Below, one piece after another: positions 1 to 12,959 of a stretch of 64,000 nucleotides of DNA (the first letter of the stretch is position 1; each line of letters starts with the position of its first letter). The notes beneath the pieces were generated by a model. That model worked only from the letters and a program-made list of their open reading frames with translations. It was not told where the DNA came from and made no database searches. Made by a program: the position numbers and the translations under genes. Source of the stretch: Octopus sinensis (taxonomy: Eukaryota); contig NC_043000.1 of NCBI RefSeq assembly GCF_006345805.1, positions 87,792,001 through 87,856,000 on the forward strand, in the 5' to 3' direction.

Positions 1-324
1 GTCTGAATGTTTTCATTTTTACATTAGCTTGCACGTAACCTTTAGAAAATTCTGTCATCTCCTACCTCATTTATTCACAGCTGTTAGTTCATATGCCATT
101 CCTTGTGTCATATACAAGTTCTAAATTTCTCCTCTTAATACAAGTAAACACTAACTGCTTTATATTTAGATATTTATATACCACGACTGGAGAAAGTTTA
201 AAAAGATTACAAACAGAATCTCTTTTCAGATTACAGAATGGAAAATAGTAATACACAAATTTCTCAGCGGTAGGGATGTAGTTCCAGTGAAGAATATTGG
301 CAAAAAGTTACTATTATAGTAGTG

Positions 325-510
325 ATATAATACATTTATGCATAAGTAGTGCACATTTGTTGCACTTCAACAATCACTATTATAGAATAAAATATATTTG
401 TGTATAAGTGGTGTTCATTTGTTGCATTGCAGCAAAGTCACTATTAAAAAAGTAATAAAATATATTTGTGCATAAGTGGTGCACATTGGTTGTACTTGAA
501 TACTATTAAT
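325..510. repeat. Degenerate ~60-68 bp minisatellite, 3 units
   Basis: Three tandem variants of aaatatatttgtgcataagtggtgcacatttgttgcac...actatt. Confidence 0.65.
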
Positions 511-756
511 TTCTAAGCCAGATATAAACCTAGACATTATGAGAAAGAATAATAATAGTTGATCATATTGACCCCAGTAGTTAACTGGTGCTTAATGTAT
601 TGATCCCAAGAGGAAAGATATGAACTAAGATTGTAATGAGCAGCTAAAATGCATTGTGGCTACCATTCTATCCATTTTGCCAATCTAATAATATTGAACT
701 AACAAATGATGAAATAAATTTCTGGGACAATTGATTGATTGATTGACAGCACACAT

Positions 757-790
<34 letters not shown>

Positions 791-1123
791 TGTGCAACAA
801 TGAAAAGGAGTGGTTTAACAGTTGAATTTGATAAGCAAATTCAATCAGACTGGCATCAGAATTTTTGGTAACTTAGGAGTAGTCGTACTACTATGGCTAA
901 GTTATAACATATAAGAGACATCATAAAATTTACAATGCAAAATTGGAGGAATGGAATTGGAATGAAAGTAAGTAGGCTGAGGTTGTCTAATCTAAGAAAA
1001 TCAACAGAAGTTGAGTATAAAGAGTGGTGTTTGGAAGGAATTACAATGCTTGACAAAATGTATGGTACTTGGTAGAAATAAATGGTAGTTGGGAGAAAAT
1101 GAGGTATTTGGAAGAAAATAAAT

Positions 1124-1338
1124 GAAAGGGTGCTGAAAAGTTCCTGGCTTTGGATAAAAGAAAATACAGGAGGACCAGTTAATTATGATTTTATTCAACA
1201 TATTCCCCTCTCAGATTCACACACTCATTGGAGTGGTCCTTCAGTTTTGCTGAGCTTTGTAAAAGAACTCAGAAGTTTGGGCTTCCAGCAAGACCTTTTG
1301 CAATACCCTTAAAGTCAGAAACCTTTCCGCACCCCCAT
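1124..1338. mobile_element. Mariner-type MITE (~215 bp)
   Basis: Imperfect TIRs gggtgctgaaaagttcctggcttt / aaagtcagaaacctttccgcacccc; no ORF. Confidence 0.65.
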
Positions 1339-1512
1339 AGTATTTGTAAGAAGAGTTGTACTTCTGAAGAAAAAAAAGAAAAGAAAACAGTACTTTAGAG
1401 AAATGTGTGGAAATGTGTGGAATCTGGGAGAAAGAATTTAACTACTGAGATAAAAGTAAATAACAGAGTGATGAAATTGTATTTATTCATTTAAATACTT
1501 GCACTCCTACAT

Positions 1513-2140
1513 GCATTATCTTCTTAAATTCATTCTTCCCACTTCTTTCTTTCCAACCAAACTACCAGATGTCTTTGTACATTACTGGCCATAATGAGCA
1601 TCCATTCTTCCTTGGTTGCATCCTTCTTTTCCATTTGGACCTAAATTGTTTGATTATGTTGTTTTCACATCGCCTCAGGCATCTTTCAAGTAGTCTCTTC
1701 TAATCTTTTCAATATCACTCAACACCTGTTAAACTCTACCTGTTGTCTGCTACTACAAAGAAGGAAAAACAGTAACTGGTCACAGCACAAATAGCTATGG
1801 AAAAATCCATGCTAGGAATATCATTGTCGAATATAGCCAAAATATGATAATTTGAGATTGGAGTGGAGTGAATAATGTGATTATAGAATACCAAAAGCAC
1901 AGGCTACAGACAACAGGTAGAGTTTTGCAGTTGTTGAGTGATATTCAAAAGATTAGAAGAGACTATTTGAAAGATGCCTGAGGTGATGGGAAGACAACAT
2001 AATCAAACAATTTAGGTCCAAATGGAAAAGAAGGATGCAACCAAGGAAGAATGGATGACCATTATGGCCAGTAATGTACAAGGACATCTGGTAGTTTGGT
2101 TGGAAAGAAAGAAGTGGGAGGAATGAATTTAAGATAATGC
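1513..2140. repeat. Long inverted repeat: ~235-bp arms, ~157-bp spacer
   Basis: 1513-1749 is the reverse complement of 1907-2140 at roughly 94% identity by eye. Confidence 0.9.
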
Positions 2141-2588
2141 CAGTAAATAGAAGCTGAAGTAACTTTGGCAAAAGCATCTCAAAATAAACAAAAGAAACAT
2201 GAAGAGAACTAATATCGGTTAAAAAGTAATTTATTTAAACTGCAGTGTTCAGTCATTTCAACTGAAGTATGAAGCAACATAATTAGATAAGTAACTCATA
2301 AATGTCTTTTCACAGACTTTCACAGTCCGCTAGGCTAGTATTTATCTATAGTTTCAAAGGTGTTATATGTTTGACCAGAATTAAACTTAGCCAATGGATC
2401 ACTAATTTGGCTGTAAGTAGCAGCTGGCTGTTAGAAAGTTAAGTGTCTTATTTACTGCAGCAGATTTTCAGTACCCGGACTCTAAATTAGTAAATGTTGG
2501 AGGAGCTTCAGGAAGAGAAGGATCAGTAAATTGTTTATCTGACTAATCATTCCTCAAAACGAGGTCAATATATATATATATATATATA

Positions 2589-5420
2589 TCATCATCATCA
2601 TTATCGTCGTTTAGCGTCCGTTTTCCATGCTAGCATGGGTTGGACGGTTCTACTGGGGTCTGTGAAGCCAGAAGGCTTCATCAGGCCCAGTCAAATCTGG
2701 CAGCGTTTCTACGGCTGGATGCCCTTCCTAACGCCAACCACTCCGTGAGTGTAGTGGGTGCTTTTTACGTGCCACCTGCACAGGTGCCAGACAGAGCTGG
2801 CAAACGGCCACGAACGGATGGTGCTTTTTATGTGCCAGCGGCACGAGGGCCAGGCGAGGCTGGCAACGGACACGAAACGGGGCGGTGCTGGCAACGGTCG
2901 CGAAACGGAAGGTTCTCTTACATGGCACCGGCACTGGTAACACATCTGCAATTTCCATTGATCGATTTCCATTCTCATCCTCACTTGCCTCAAGGGGTCT
3001 TCACAAGTAGAGTTTCAACATGCCACCGGCACTGGTAACACATCTGCAATTTCCATTGATCGATTTCGATTCTGATCCTCACTTGCCCCAACAGGTCTTC
3101 ACAAGTAGAGTTTTGTGTCCCAAGAAGGGAAGGTATGCATACGTAGGCTGGCTCCATCCCATGTAGAAGGCCACGGGTTATGGACTCACTTGTCCTGCCG
3201 GGTCTTCTCGCGCACAGCACATTTCCAGAGGACTCGGTCTCTAGTCATTTCCTCAGTGAGACCTAAAGTTCGAAGGTCGTGCTTCACCACCTCGTCCCAG
3301 GTTTTCCTGGGTCTGCCTCTTCCACAGGTTCCCTCAACCGCTAGGGTGTGGCACTTTTTCACACAACTATCTTCATCCATTCTCGCCACATGACCATACC
3401 AGCGCAAACGTCTCTCTTGCACACCACAACTGATGCTTCTTAGGTCCAGCTTTTCTCTCAAGGTATTTACACTCTGTCGATTATGAACACTGACATTACA
3501 CATCCATCGGAGCATACTGGCTTCATTTCTTGCGAGCTTACGCATATCCTCAGCAGTCATGGCCCATGTTTCACTGCCATGTAGCATGGCTGTTCGTACA
3601 CACGCATCATACAGTCTGCCTTTCACTCTGTGCGAGAGGCCTTTTGTCACCAGCAGAGGTAAGAGCTCTCTGAACTTTGCCCAAGCTATTCTTACTCTAG
3701 CAGTTACACTTTCAGCACACCCGCCCCCGCTGCTGACTTGGTCATCTAGGTAACGGAAACTATCAACTATTTCTAGTTTTTCTCCCTGGAAAGTGACTGA
3801 AGTTGGTCTCAGAGCATTTTCAGTGTTTATTGTTCCTGAGCATCAGCCACATACAAAAACTGTCTTCCTAGTTAGCCTTCCGTTGACATTGCTGCACCTC
3901 TTATGTGTCCATAGCTTACACTTGGTGCATCTTATAGAGTTTCTACCTACACCTTTTCTACAGATCGAGCAGGACCATCTACCTGAAGGCGTTTGTGATT
4001 TGTCTACCTTCCTACTGATTACGACTTTGGTTTTAGCTAGATTGACTCTGAGGCCCTTCGATTCTAATCCTTGTTTCCACACCTGAAACTTCTCCTCCAG
4101 TTCTGATAGCGACTCAGCAATTAGAGCAAGGTCATCAGCATAGAGGAGCTCCCAAGGGCATCCTGTCTTGAATTCCTCCGTTATTGCCTGGAGGACTATG
4201 ATAAATAGGAGGGGGCTGAGTACTGAGCCTTGGTGGACCCCTACCTCTACCCGGAATTCTTCACTGTACTCGTTTCCAACCCTCACCCTACTAGCAGCGT
4301 CCCTATACATGGCCCGCACAGCTCTCACTAACCATTCATCTATCCCTAGTTTCCTCATTGACCACCAGATAAGGGATCGAGGGACCCTGTCGAAGGCTTT
4401 CTCCATGTCAACAAAAGCCAGGTACAGGGGCTTATCTTTGGCTAGGTATTTCTCCTGCAGCTGCCTTACCAGGAATATAGCATCAGTAGTACTTTTCCCT
4501 GGCACAAACCCAAACTGCATCTCATCTAAACTAACTCTCTCTCTAATTAGTTGGGCTATGACCCTCTCCGTAACCTTCATCACTGATCCAACAGCTTGAT
4601 ACCTCTGTAGTTATTTGTATCTAGGGCGTCACCTTTACCTTTGTAGCAGTTGACTATTATGCTGCTACACCAGTCATTGGGTATGACTCCTTTGTGTATC
4701 ACCTGATTAACTATACGGGTGACTAGGCTATAGCCGACACTACCAGACATTTTGAGCATCTCTGCAGTGATTCCTGATGGGCCTGGGGCTTTTCTTGTCT
4801 TCATGCTTCTAATTGCCTTAGCTACCACGGAACTATCAACTCGGATAGCTGGTCCCTCTGTTAGGTCAACATTCGGCAGACTCTCTTTATCCCATTCATT
4901 TTCTTTATTCAGCAACCTTTCATAGTGGCATCTCCAAACCTCTCTCTTTGCATCCTCATTTAGCGCAAGTGAACCATCTTCCATGCGAACACACTTCTCT
5001 CCTACCACATCACGATTCTCTCTCACACTGTCTTGAAACGCGAAACACCTCCAGTCTTTGGTCCTCACGGCGCAGAACATTGGCAAATTTTTTCTTATCT
5101 GCTTCCCCTCTGGCTAAATAAACCTGTCTCCTAGCTTCTCTTTTGGCAGTCTGATACAATTCCCTGCTACCCCCATTTTTCCAGACCTTCCAAGCCTGTC
5201 TCTTTTCTCTAATAGCCCTGTCTACAATATTGTTCCACCACCAAGTTATTCTAGGTCGAGAGGGGACTTTGCACCAGCCACAGATCTGGTCAGTGGCTCT
5301 CAGCAGGTTGTCCCTTAGAAACGTCCAGCTGTCTACCCCCTGTGATGCTCTATCCCCTTCTACTTCGTCAGAGGCTTCACGTAATATGTCTCTAAATCTC
5401 TGTCCATTTGCAGGATCTTT
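2589..5420 (-). mobile_element. 5'-truncated RTE-clade LINE with 3' UTR and (GAT)n tail
   Basis: RT motifs GFVPGKSTTDAIF, DMEKAFDRVP, GVHQGSVLSPLLF, LLYADDL; C-terminal RLRWYGHVARM...GRGRPRKTW. The 3' UTR ends in (gat)n next to (TA)n and holds a 97-bp tandem duplication at ~2920-3110. Confidence 0.95.
3186..5420 (-). pseudogene. RTE reverse-transcriptase ORF, disrupted
   Basis: ORF pieces 4580-5086, 3843-4583 and 3186-3650. Frameshifts near 5030 and 4583, in-frame TGA at 3843-3845; the APE domain is missing. Confidence 0.9.
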
Positions 5421-5469
5421 AAGCTTCCAGATCCTTCTTCTCCATATTGGTCGTCTTCTGGTTGTCTAT

Positions 5470-5511
<42 letters not shown>

Positions 5512-5534
5512 TATACATATATGTATATATATAT

Positions 5535-5753
5535 GAGCTGGCAGAAACGTTAGCACACCAGGCGAAATGCTTAGCAGTATTGCGTCTGCCACCACGTTCT
5601 GAGTTCAAGTTCCGCCGAGGTCAACTTTGCCTTTCATCCTTTCAGGGCTGATTAAATAAGTACCAGTTACGCACTGGGTCGATATAATTGACTTAATCCA
5701 TTTGTCTGTCTTTGTTTGTCCTCTCTGTGTTTAGCCCCTTGTGGGTAGTAAAG

Positions 5754-5757
<4 letters not shown>
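5535..5757 (+). mobile_element. tRNA-derived SINE, family B
   Basis: Head gagctggcagaaacgttagc (A-box-like) and gagttcaagttcc (B-box-like); body repeated many times in the window. Confidence 0.85.
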
Positions 5758-5816
<59 letters not shown>

Positions 5817-5846
5817 TATATATATGTATATATATATGTACATATA

Positions 5847-6038
5847 GGCGTAGGAGTGGCTGTGTGGTAAGTAGGCGTAGGAGTGGATGTGTGGTAAGTA
5901 GCTTGCTTACCAACCACATGGTTCCGGGTTCAGTCCCACTGTGTGGCACATTGGGCAAGTGTCTTCTACTATAGCCTCGGGCCGACCAAAGCCTTGTGAG
6001 TGGATTTGGTAGACGGAAACTGAAAGAAGCCTGTCATA

Positions 6039-6079
<41 letters not shown>

Positions 6080-6080
6080 T

Positions 6081-6115
<35 letters not shown>

Positions 6116-6321
6116 GTGTGTCTGTGTTTGTCACCCCAACATCGGTTGGCAACCGATGCTGGTGTGTTTACGTCCCCGTAATTTAGCGGTTCGGCAAAAG
6201 AGACCGATAGAATAAGTACTAGGCTTACAAAGAATAAGTCCTGTGGTCGATTTGCTCGACTAAAGGCGGTGCTCCAGCATGGCCATAGTCAAATGACTGA
6301 AACAAATAAAAGAGTAAAAGA

Positions 6322-6323
<2 letters not shown>
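5847..6323 (+). mobile_element. tRNA-derived SINE, family A, with a duplicated 27-bp head
   Basis: ggcgtaggagtggctgtgtggtaagta occurs twice, then gggttcagtccc (B-box-like), internal (TA)/(TG) tract and aaagagt tail; sits in (TA)n. Confidence 0.9.
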
Positions 6324-6374
<51 letters not shown>

Positions 6375-6402
6375 ATAGAAGAGAGAGAGAGAGAGACAGA
6401 GA

Positions 6403-6436
<34 letters not shown>

Positions 6437-7019
6437 CAGAGAGAGAGTGAGAGAAATCATGTTGAAGAACTCTTGAACATAATCAAAGAAATAGGTATTT
6501 AAAAAACAATCAATGCTAAAATTTCAGCTTCAAGAAACAAATACAAAAGAAGCTAAAAAAACATTTATTTAATAGTTTCTCTTTAATTTCTAGAAGCTTG
6601 GAGAGAAAATTGTAGAGACAGTTTTAGAAGTAATACAAAATATTAGTGTTGATTAATCTGGCTCTTCTTTTTGTTTTGCCTCATTAGATACAAATGCACG
6701 ACAATATTTGTCTGGAATTTAATTCTTACAGAAACAAGTGTGTTAATATGTTTTCATTTGTGGTAATTAGCCTTATTAACAGATGAGAATTTCAATGCTT
6801 GTTTATAGTTTTGAAATTTATTTTCTCTTCATTAAAGTTTGAAATATTCTCACAGGCTGTCTCCCATGTGCTTAACTAATTCATAGATACAATAAATGAC
6901 TAATTAATCAAATACTCATAATTAAAACATCATGTTTTTTAGTTTTGTTTTTGTTTTCTATTTCATGTATTTATGAACAATAGCGTCGTTGGTTGTAAGT
7001 TTCTAACACACCAATCACT

Positions 7020-8090
7020 GTGTAATTACTTTTCTGATGACGAATGTGATAAGTAGTGTTTGTGTATTCAACTTTTGGTAACACATTTTCAATGACTGAG
7101 ATGTCTCAGGTAGTTTGTTCCAGTTTCTGACAGAAAAGTGCAAAAAGCTACTTGCTAGAGTGTAAGTCTTGGATTCAGGTATTGGAAAGCAACACACAAG
7201 TATTGGTAGGAGGTGAACTGACAAAATCATTAACACTTGGGGCAAAATGCTTAGCAGCATTTCATCTATCTTTACATTCTGAGTTCAGCCAAGGCTGACT
7301 TTGCCCTTCACTCTACCAGGGTTGACAAAATAAGTACCAGTTGAGCACTGGGGCCAATGTAATTGACATAACCCCTCTCCTAAAATTGCTAGCCCTGGGC
7401 CAAAATTTGAAATCATTATATAGATATTAGTCTTTATAAAAGGTATTTTCTATACTATGGTGATAGTATTACTAACAGGCTGTGGCTTAAGGGAAGTTTG
7501 TAGAGAACTATTAGACAATCAACTGTTCAATGTGTTGTAAACCAATGATGGTATTTTTCACAGCATTATTTCCATTAATGGCAATCCCCATAAGAGCAAG
7601 TATGTAGACTACAATGAGTTGGTTGATCATGCTTTGTGAGGTAATTTGTTCAGGAGACAGGAGTACTTCAGAATATTTTGGATGTGGGTTTTGTAAATGA
7701 TGGCTCTTCCCTCCCAGTACAGCTTGCTTGCCATTTTTCATGGTGCTACGAGCCCCTGTAAAGTTGCCAATACCAGTCTGCTAACAATGGTGATGCTTAG
7801 GAGCTCAAGTTGTTTATTGATAGGTAGCTGGCAATTCCCAAAATATAGCGCAAGGTTTGATGAGTTTCTTTTCTTTAACAGAACTATTGATTTATATTTT
7901 AATGGCTCAATTCAAATTTCTTAACATCTGTCTAGGCTTTCATCCTGGTGTTATCCCTAAATTAGCTGCTGAAACATTGCTTTCTTCTACTGAATTCATT
8001 GTCACAAACAGTGCAGCATCTTCTGCATAGAGGTACAGCTTATGTCCTGTGTTCAGCAGGATGGTGTAGCAAAAACACAAGGAAAAATTG
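7020..8090 (-). mobile_element. Old decayed LINE RT/C-terminal remnant (CR1/L2/Jockey-like), interrupted by a SINE B at 7208-7416
   Basis: Minus-strand LYLYAEDAALF resembles YADD, and SFLHFSVRNWNKLP resembles the LINE C-terminal R..WN.LP motif; many stops. Confidence 0.55.
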
Positions 8091-8149
8091 CAAGCAAATA
8101 CAAAACTAAAATATCTATATTCTTCCCTCTGCTCCTTTATTCATTTCAT

Positions 8150-8345
8150 CTTCATAATTTTCATGCCCACTTTTCCATGCTAGCATGGGTTGGATGGAAT
8201 TTGTTGAGGCAGATTTTCTATGGCAGGATGCTTTCTGTTGCAAACCTTCATCTATTTCCCTGGTTTGACATGTTTTCACAAAAGATTGGAAATGAATAAT
8301 ACTGATTGAATGACAGTGACACTCGTTTACAATCATCATATAGTT
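8150..8345 (-). mobile_element. SINE family D (RTE-like 3' tail)
   Basis: Tail ...ccatagaaaatctgcctcaacaaattcc...acccatgctagcatggaaaagtgg. Other copies at ~12030-12262(-), 21520-21745(+), 27700-27910(+), 28150-28360(+), 39720-39900(-), 46370-46595(+), 50240-50445(+). Confidence 0.7.
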
Positions 8346-8743
8346 TCAAAACAGAGAGAGAGAGAGAGAGAGACCCACCCACACCCACACACCTGAACAC
8401 ATGTATATAAACACACACACATATGAAGGTGATTCTTTCAATCTCCTTGTACCAAATCCAGCAACACTGTTTCAGTCAGTCTGAAGCTATAGCAGAAGGC
8501 ATTTGCTCAAGATGCCATGCAGGTAGATAGACTGAACTTGAAACCATGTAGTTGGGGAGTAAACTGGTCAAACACATAACTGTACTTGTGCCTCTTTAAA
8601 ATTACTAATAATAATAAAAAAAGAAAAGAGGAAATTACCTGAGGTAAAATGTAAAAACCAATTAAATAATATTCCAATCAGGTATAAATAACAAACTCCA
8701 GATTCTCCTCCATCCATTTTACACTATTCATACACAGGTTTAA

Positions 8744-8962
8744 CCCTTTAACGTTTAATCTGGCCATATCTAGCCAAAATATTCTGATATTTTATGTTAA
8801 AATTGACCTAATCCAACCTCTTGAACCTACCCTACAATGTCATTCTAAGTATATACAAATACATCATTGAAATCTTGAAGCTACAAAATAATGTGTGATT
8901 AACTTAAAACAATTTGAATAAATAGGCAATACATTTGACAAACAAATTTGAATGCTAAAGGT
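8744..8962. mobile_element. piggyBac-type MITE (TTAA-flanked)
   Basis: ttaa|cccttta ... taaaggt|ttaa. Confidence 0.65.
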
Positions 8963-9044
8963 TTAATACTGTCTCAGTTTTCATATTTCTGAACAACATC
9001 TGTTAGGTTTAATTCTTGACCCCTTCACTGGGAAGTTAAATTTT

Positions 9045-9405
9045 ATGGTTATTGTATTTGTAGGCAAGAAGTTCGCTTCCTAACCACATGGGTTTGGTGT
9101 TGAATTCCACTGCATGGTAACTTGAGTAGGTAGCTTCTACCATAGTCTCAGGCTCACCAAAACCTTGTGAGGAGATTTGGTAAGCAGAAACTGAGAGGAG
9201 CCCATCATACATGTGTGTGTGTGTGTTTTTGCATTTGCCCCTGCTTGAAACTGGTGTTGGTTTCTTTACATCCCCATAACTTACCAGTTCAGCAAAAAGA
9301 GACTTAAAAAAAAAAAACAAGGATGGGGAGTGAGTGATTTGTTTGACTAAACCTTTCACGGCAGTACTCCAGTATGGCTGTAATTCGATGACTAAAACAA
9401 GAATT
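9045..9405 (+). mobile_element. SINE family A, diverged copy
   Basis: Collinear with the family A copies at 5847 and 19304. Confidence 0.7.
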
Positions 9406-9442
9406 GAAAAAAACGAAAAAAAAAAAAGATTCCAGTAATAAT

Positions 9443-9859
9443 CTTTTCTACTCTAGGTACAAGGCCTGAAATTTTTGGGGAGGTTGCCAGTCGATTAGTA
9501 TGCAACTGGTACTTAATTTATTGACCCCGAAAGGATGTAAAGCAAAGTTGACCTTAGTGGAATTTGAACTCAGAACATAAAGACAGACGAAATACCGCTA
9601 AGCATTTCACCCAGCGTGCTAACATTTCTGCCAGCTCACTGCCTTAAGAATTCTTTTCTACTCTAGGCACAAGGCCCGAAATTTTTGGGGAGAGGGCCAG
9701 TCAATTAGATTGACCCCAGTATGCAACTCGCACTTAAGTTATCGACTCTGAAAGGATGAAAAGCGAAGTCGACCTCGGTGGAGTTTGAACTCAGAATGTA
9801 AAGACAGACTGCTAAGCATTTTGCCTGGCGTGCTAATGATTCTACCAGCTCGCTGCCTT
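9443..9859 (-). mobile_element. Head-to-tail dimer of SINE family B with a 16-bp TSD
   Basis: Monomers at ~9443-9645 and ~9650-9859; agattccagtaataat at both 9427-9442 and 9860-9875. Confidence 0.9.
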
Positions 9860-10522
9860 AGATTCCAGTAATAATGTTAAATATCTACTACAGCTACTAG
9901 AGAATAGAATGGGTATTTTCTCGAAGTCATATTGCCTCAATAAACTTGACATATCTCAACCAAAAATAGTTTTAAACATGACATTCCTCAACAAATGACA
10001 GATTGGCATAAAAACAAAAAAATACGAAAACACTAAAAACACATAATAGTTGCATATTATACCATTTAAGTAGCATTGAAAAGTTATAAATATCACAATT
10101 AATGGGGGAAATTTTTGTTATTATTAAGCTATTGAGTAGTTTTCTGCAATGAGGAGCCAAGCACACTAATAATACACACACACACACACACAAGGCACAA
10201 ACATGAATATACATATATAATATGCAGTCACATATACATGTAGATACATGCATGTGGATCTACAGCACATGAATATACATATGATGATGATAATAAATTC
10301 TGATTGAGCCACAAGGCCAGCAATTTTGAAGGATGGCAGCAAGTGTAGTACATTGACCCTCCAGCACTTGACTGATATGCTATTTTATTGAACTTGAAAG
10401 GATGAAAGGCCAAGTTATCCAAATAATTATTTCAAACATGTGCACAAGGCTTATATTAGAAAGTATTGGTGGAAGAGTGAGTCAATGGAATCGATTCCAA
10501 GTGTATGCCTGGTAATATTATT

Positions 10523-10875
10523 ACTAGCAGTATCGCCCGTCATTGCTCGGGTTTGTTTTGACCCTTTAGAATTGGAATTTTTGAAAAGTAGAAATTTTGC
10601 ATTATGTAGCTTGTTATTCTCTTTAAGTGAACATTTTTCTGGTTGAAATACACTGAAAAATGGCGAAACAGCAGTCAAAAAATCGTAAAAAATACAATAT
10701 TTTCATAGAAAAAAAGCACCTGTTTGATGTAAATAAGTTTTGGTGTTAACATGGTTCGATTTGAATTTTTTCATCTACGGAAGGAAGAGCAAGCCTTCTT
10801 CTATCATACTGTCAATTTTGGTCAACTTGTGCCACAGGGTCTCGGAGGAGATGGTATTAGTTGAAGGCTACCAAA
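10523..10875 (-). mobile_element. Non-autonomous Helitron-like element (3' end)
   Basis: Minus strand ends cccgagcaatgacgggcgatactgCTAG|t (GC hairpin then CTAG), the same terminus as the copies at 35245 and 37052. Confidence 0.65.
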
Positions 10876-12336
10876 CTTGCCATACACTGGCAACTTCAGC
10901 TTTATATATATAGATTGACACCGTAATATTTACCTTTGTTGAGATTTGAACACAGAACATATAAAAGTAGAACAGACACTGTAAAATGCTTTGTTTGATA
11001 GAACCACTAATATTGTCTGGATAACAAACAAAGCAACAATGAAAACAAAAATGAAAATAAATTGCAGAAACTCCGTTGATATTAATTTCCATAATTCTGC
11101 TATCCTGAATATTATGACAGAATATTCATTTGTTTCTTATATGTTTTTACAGAGTACTCATTTGCTTCTTTTATTCAAAATATTCTATTTCCTTTTGTTT
11201 AGCATTCAAAATGAGACATGGGCAACGTTAACAGAAGAATCCACAATTTACTATTTGAAGTCGTGATACCAAAAAAAAAAGAAGAAAAAACACAACAGAA
11301 TTTATACAATTCTCTGGCAAATATCCAAGTAATATTCCATAAATTATATTCTTTAAATAACTGACTGTATGATAAGGATAAATCGTTATCTTCAAAGAAG
11401 CCATTTTTACCACATTTCACTGTTTAACTCTTTTGTCATACATACATATGTAATCTGAATTGGTTAACACACCAATGCTAATATATGTGTGTGTGTACAC
11501 ACACATATATAAATATATATATATTTATATATGACTGGAGCCTGGTGCAGTCTTTCAGTGTGCCAGCCCAATCAAACCACCCAACCCATGCCAGCATGGA
11601 CAATGGATGCTAAATGTCGATGATAATGATGATGATATATATATAATCAAACATAAGATTAGTTTACATATGTTCAGGACGTGTTTGAGCCTGTAAAGGC
11701 TTTTCACTGCAGTTTTCCATGGAGAAAAAAAATTCTTGCTATAAATAAAAAGGGGTTTGAATCCCAGATTTACCTCAGGGTCAATGTGTGTAATAAGTAA
11801 ATAAAATTTACTGATTTTTCATAAAGGAAGTAAAGTTTTGAAGTTAGCCAAGAGTTGCCACACTTTGTATCTGGTACTGAAGGGAACTAAAGTGCAAGAA
11901 ATACATCTAATGAGTCCATAGAGAGTGCTAAGCTGGTTATAGTGTTCTAACATCTTTTTGTCTTAAGTGCAATTCTCTCTGCAAAACTACAGTGAAAAGC
12001 CTTTAAAGATCTAAATACATTCCCCAAATATCTGAACTTATCTAAAGTTCCATCACTGCTTTGCACATCTACCCATACATTTAATGTCCATTTTTTGATG
12101 CTGGCATGGGTCAAAAGAAATTTACTGAAACATTTTCCACAGTTTGATGTCCTTCCTGCCATCAACCCTCCCCTATTTCCAAACAAGATAATATTTCCCA
12201 ATAGCAGAAACGTTTTTCATGGAAGACAAAAAACTAACAACATTGTTTCTATGTGAAAGTCATTTACACTCATCGCATACTGTTAAGACAAGGGCACACA
12301 GAGAAAAAAACACACAAACACAAGCATATATATGTA

Positions 12337-12712
12337 CACTACTGTCAGAAATTAATTAGCACCCTTGATTTGCTCTTCACTCAAGGTATGTGCTGTCACC
12401 TAGTGGCCATATCTCGAACTATTGCTTTGTTGCGAGTTCACTGTTGCGCAGAACGATGACGTAACTTTGTTTGCAGAGCAGTTTGAGAGTCTACAGCCTT
12501 ATGATGTTGACATAGCAGTGCAACAACAACTTGGAGTGCGGATGCAGACAAATCTTCCTTTGTTTAATAGATATAGGTAGCGCCTCCCAAGGACCGAAAT
12601 CACACCATACTAAGTTTTCTCATCGCGTAAGACATTTTGAACAGCTCATAGGTTGATTTAACCTATTTAATGTAGAAATTTGAGAAGTGCTAATTAATTT
12701 CTGACGCAAGTG
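12337..12712. mobile_element. Tc1/mariner-type MITE (376 bp), TA-flanked
   Basis: TA|cactactgtcagaaattaattagcac ... gtgctaattaatttctgacgcaagtg|TA. Confidence 0.85.
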
Positions 12713-12959
12713 TATGCTATATATACATAAATACATATACATGTATATATACATACATATATACATATAATTAATGAGAAATGAAGATGGAAGATAAAAG
12801 AATCTTTATTGATCACTACAATCGTTTTGACCCATCATTGATCCTTCATGGGTGGGATACTATACAACTGCTTTAGGTGTGTCCCTCAGTGTAGATGTGT
12901 CACTTCAGGTGATTTTAATCTCTCTCATTAATTACATACTGAACAAACACTAAGCCAGG

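Noticed and set aside
2461-2525. Possible 65-nt exon (ADFQYPDSKLVNVGGASGREGS) with cag| and |gtaaat sites
   Set aside because: Too short to distinguish from chance; no compatible neighbouring exon and the peptide is not recognised.
2660-2690. CTGATGA followed by an AGCC/GGCT hairpin in the RTE 3' UTR (minus strand) read as a hammerhead
   Set aside because: The stem is followed by TCAC, not GAAA, and there is no stem I/III closure.
5535-5640. tRNA genes at SINE heads (A- and B-box-like motifs)
   Set aside because: No complete cloverleaf, and each head continues into a multi-copy SINE body.
5693-6502. ORFs rich in YI/IY, HT/TH or CV/VC repeats here and throughout the ORF track
   Set aside because: They are translations of (TA)n, (CA)n and (TG)n microsatellites with no coding signal.
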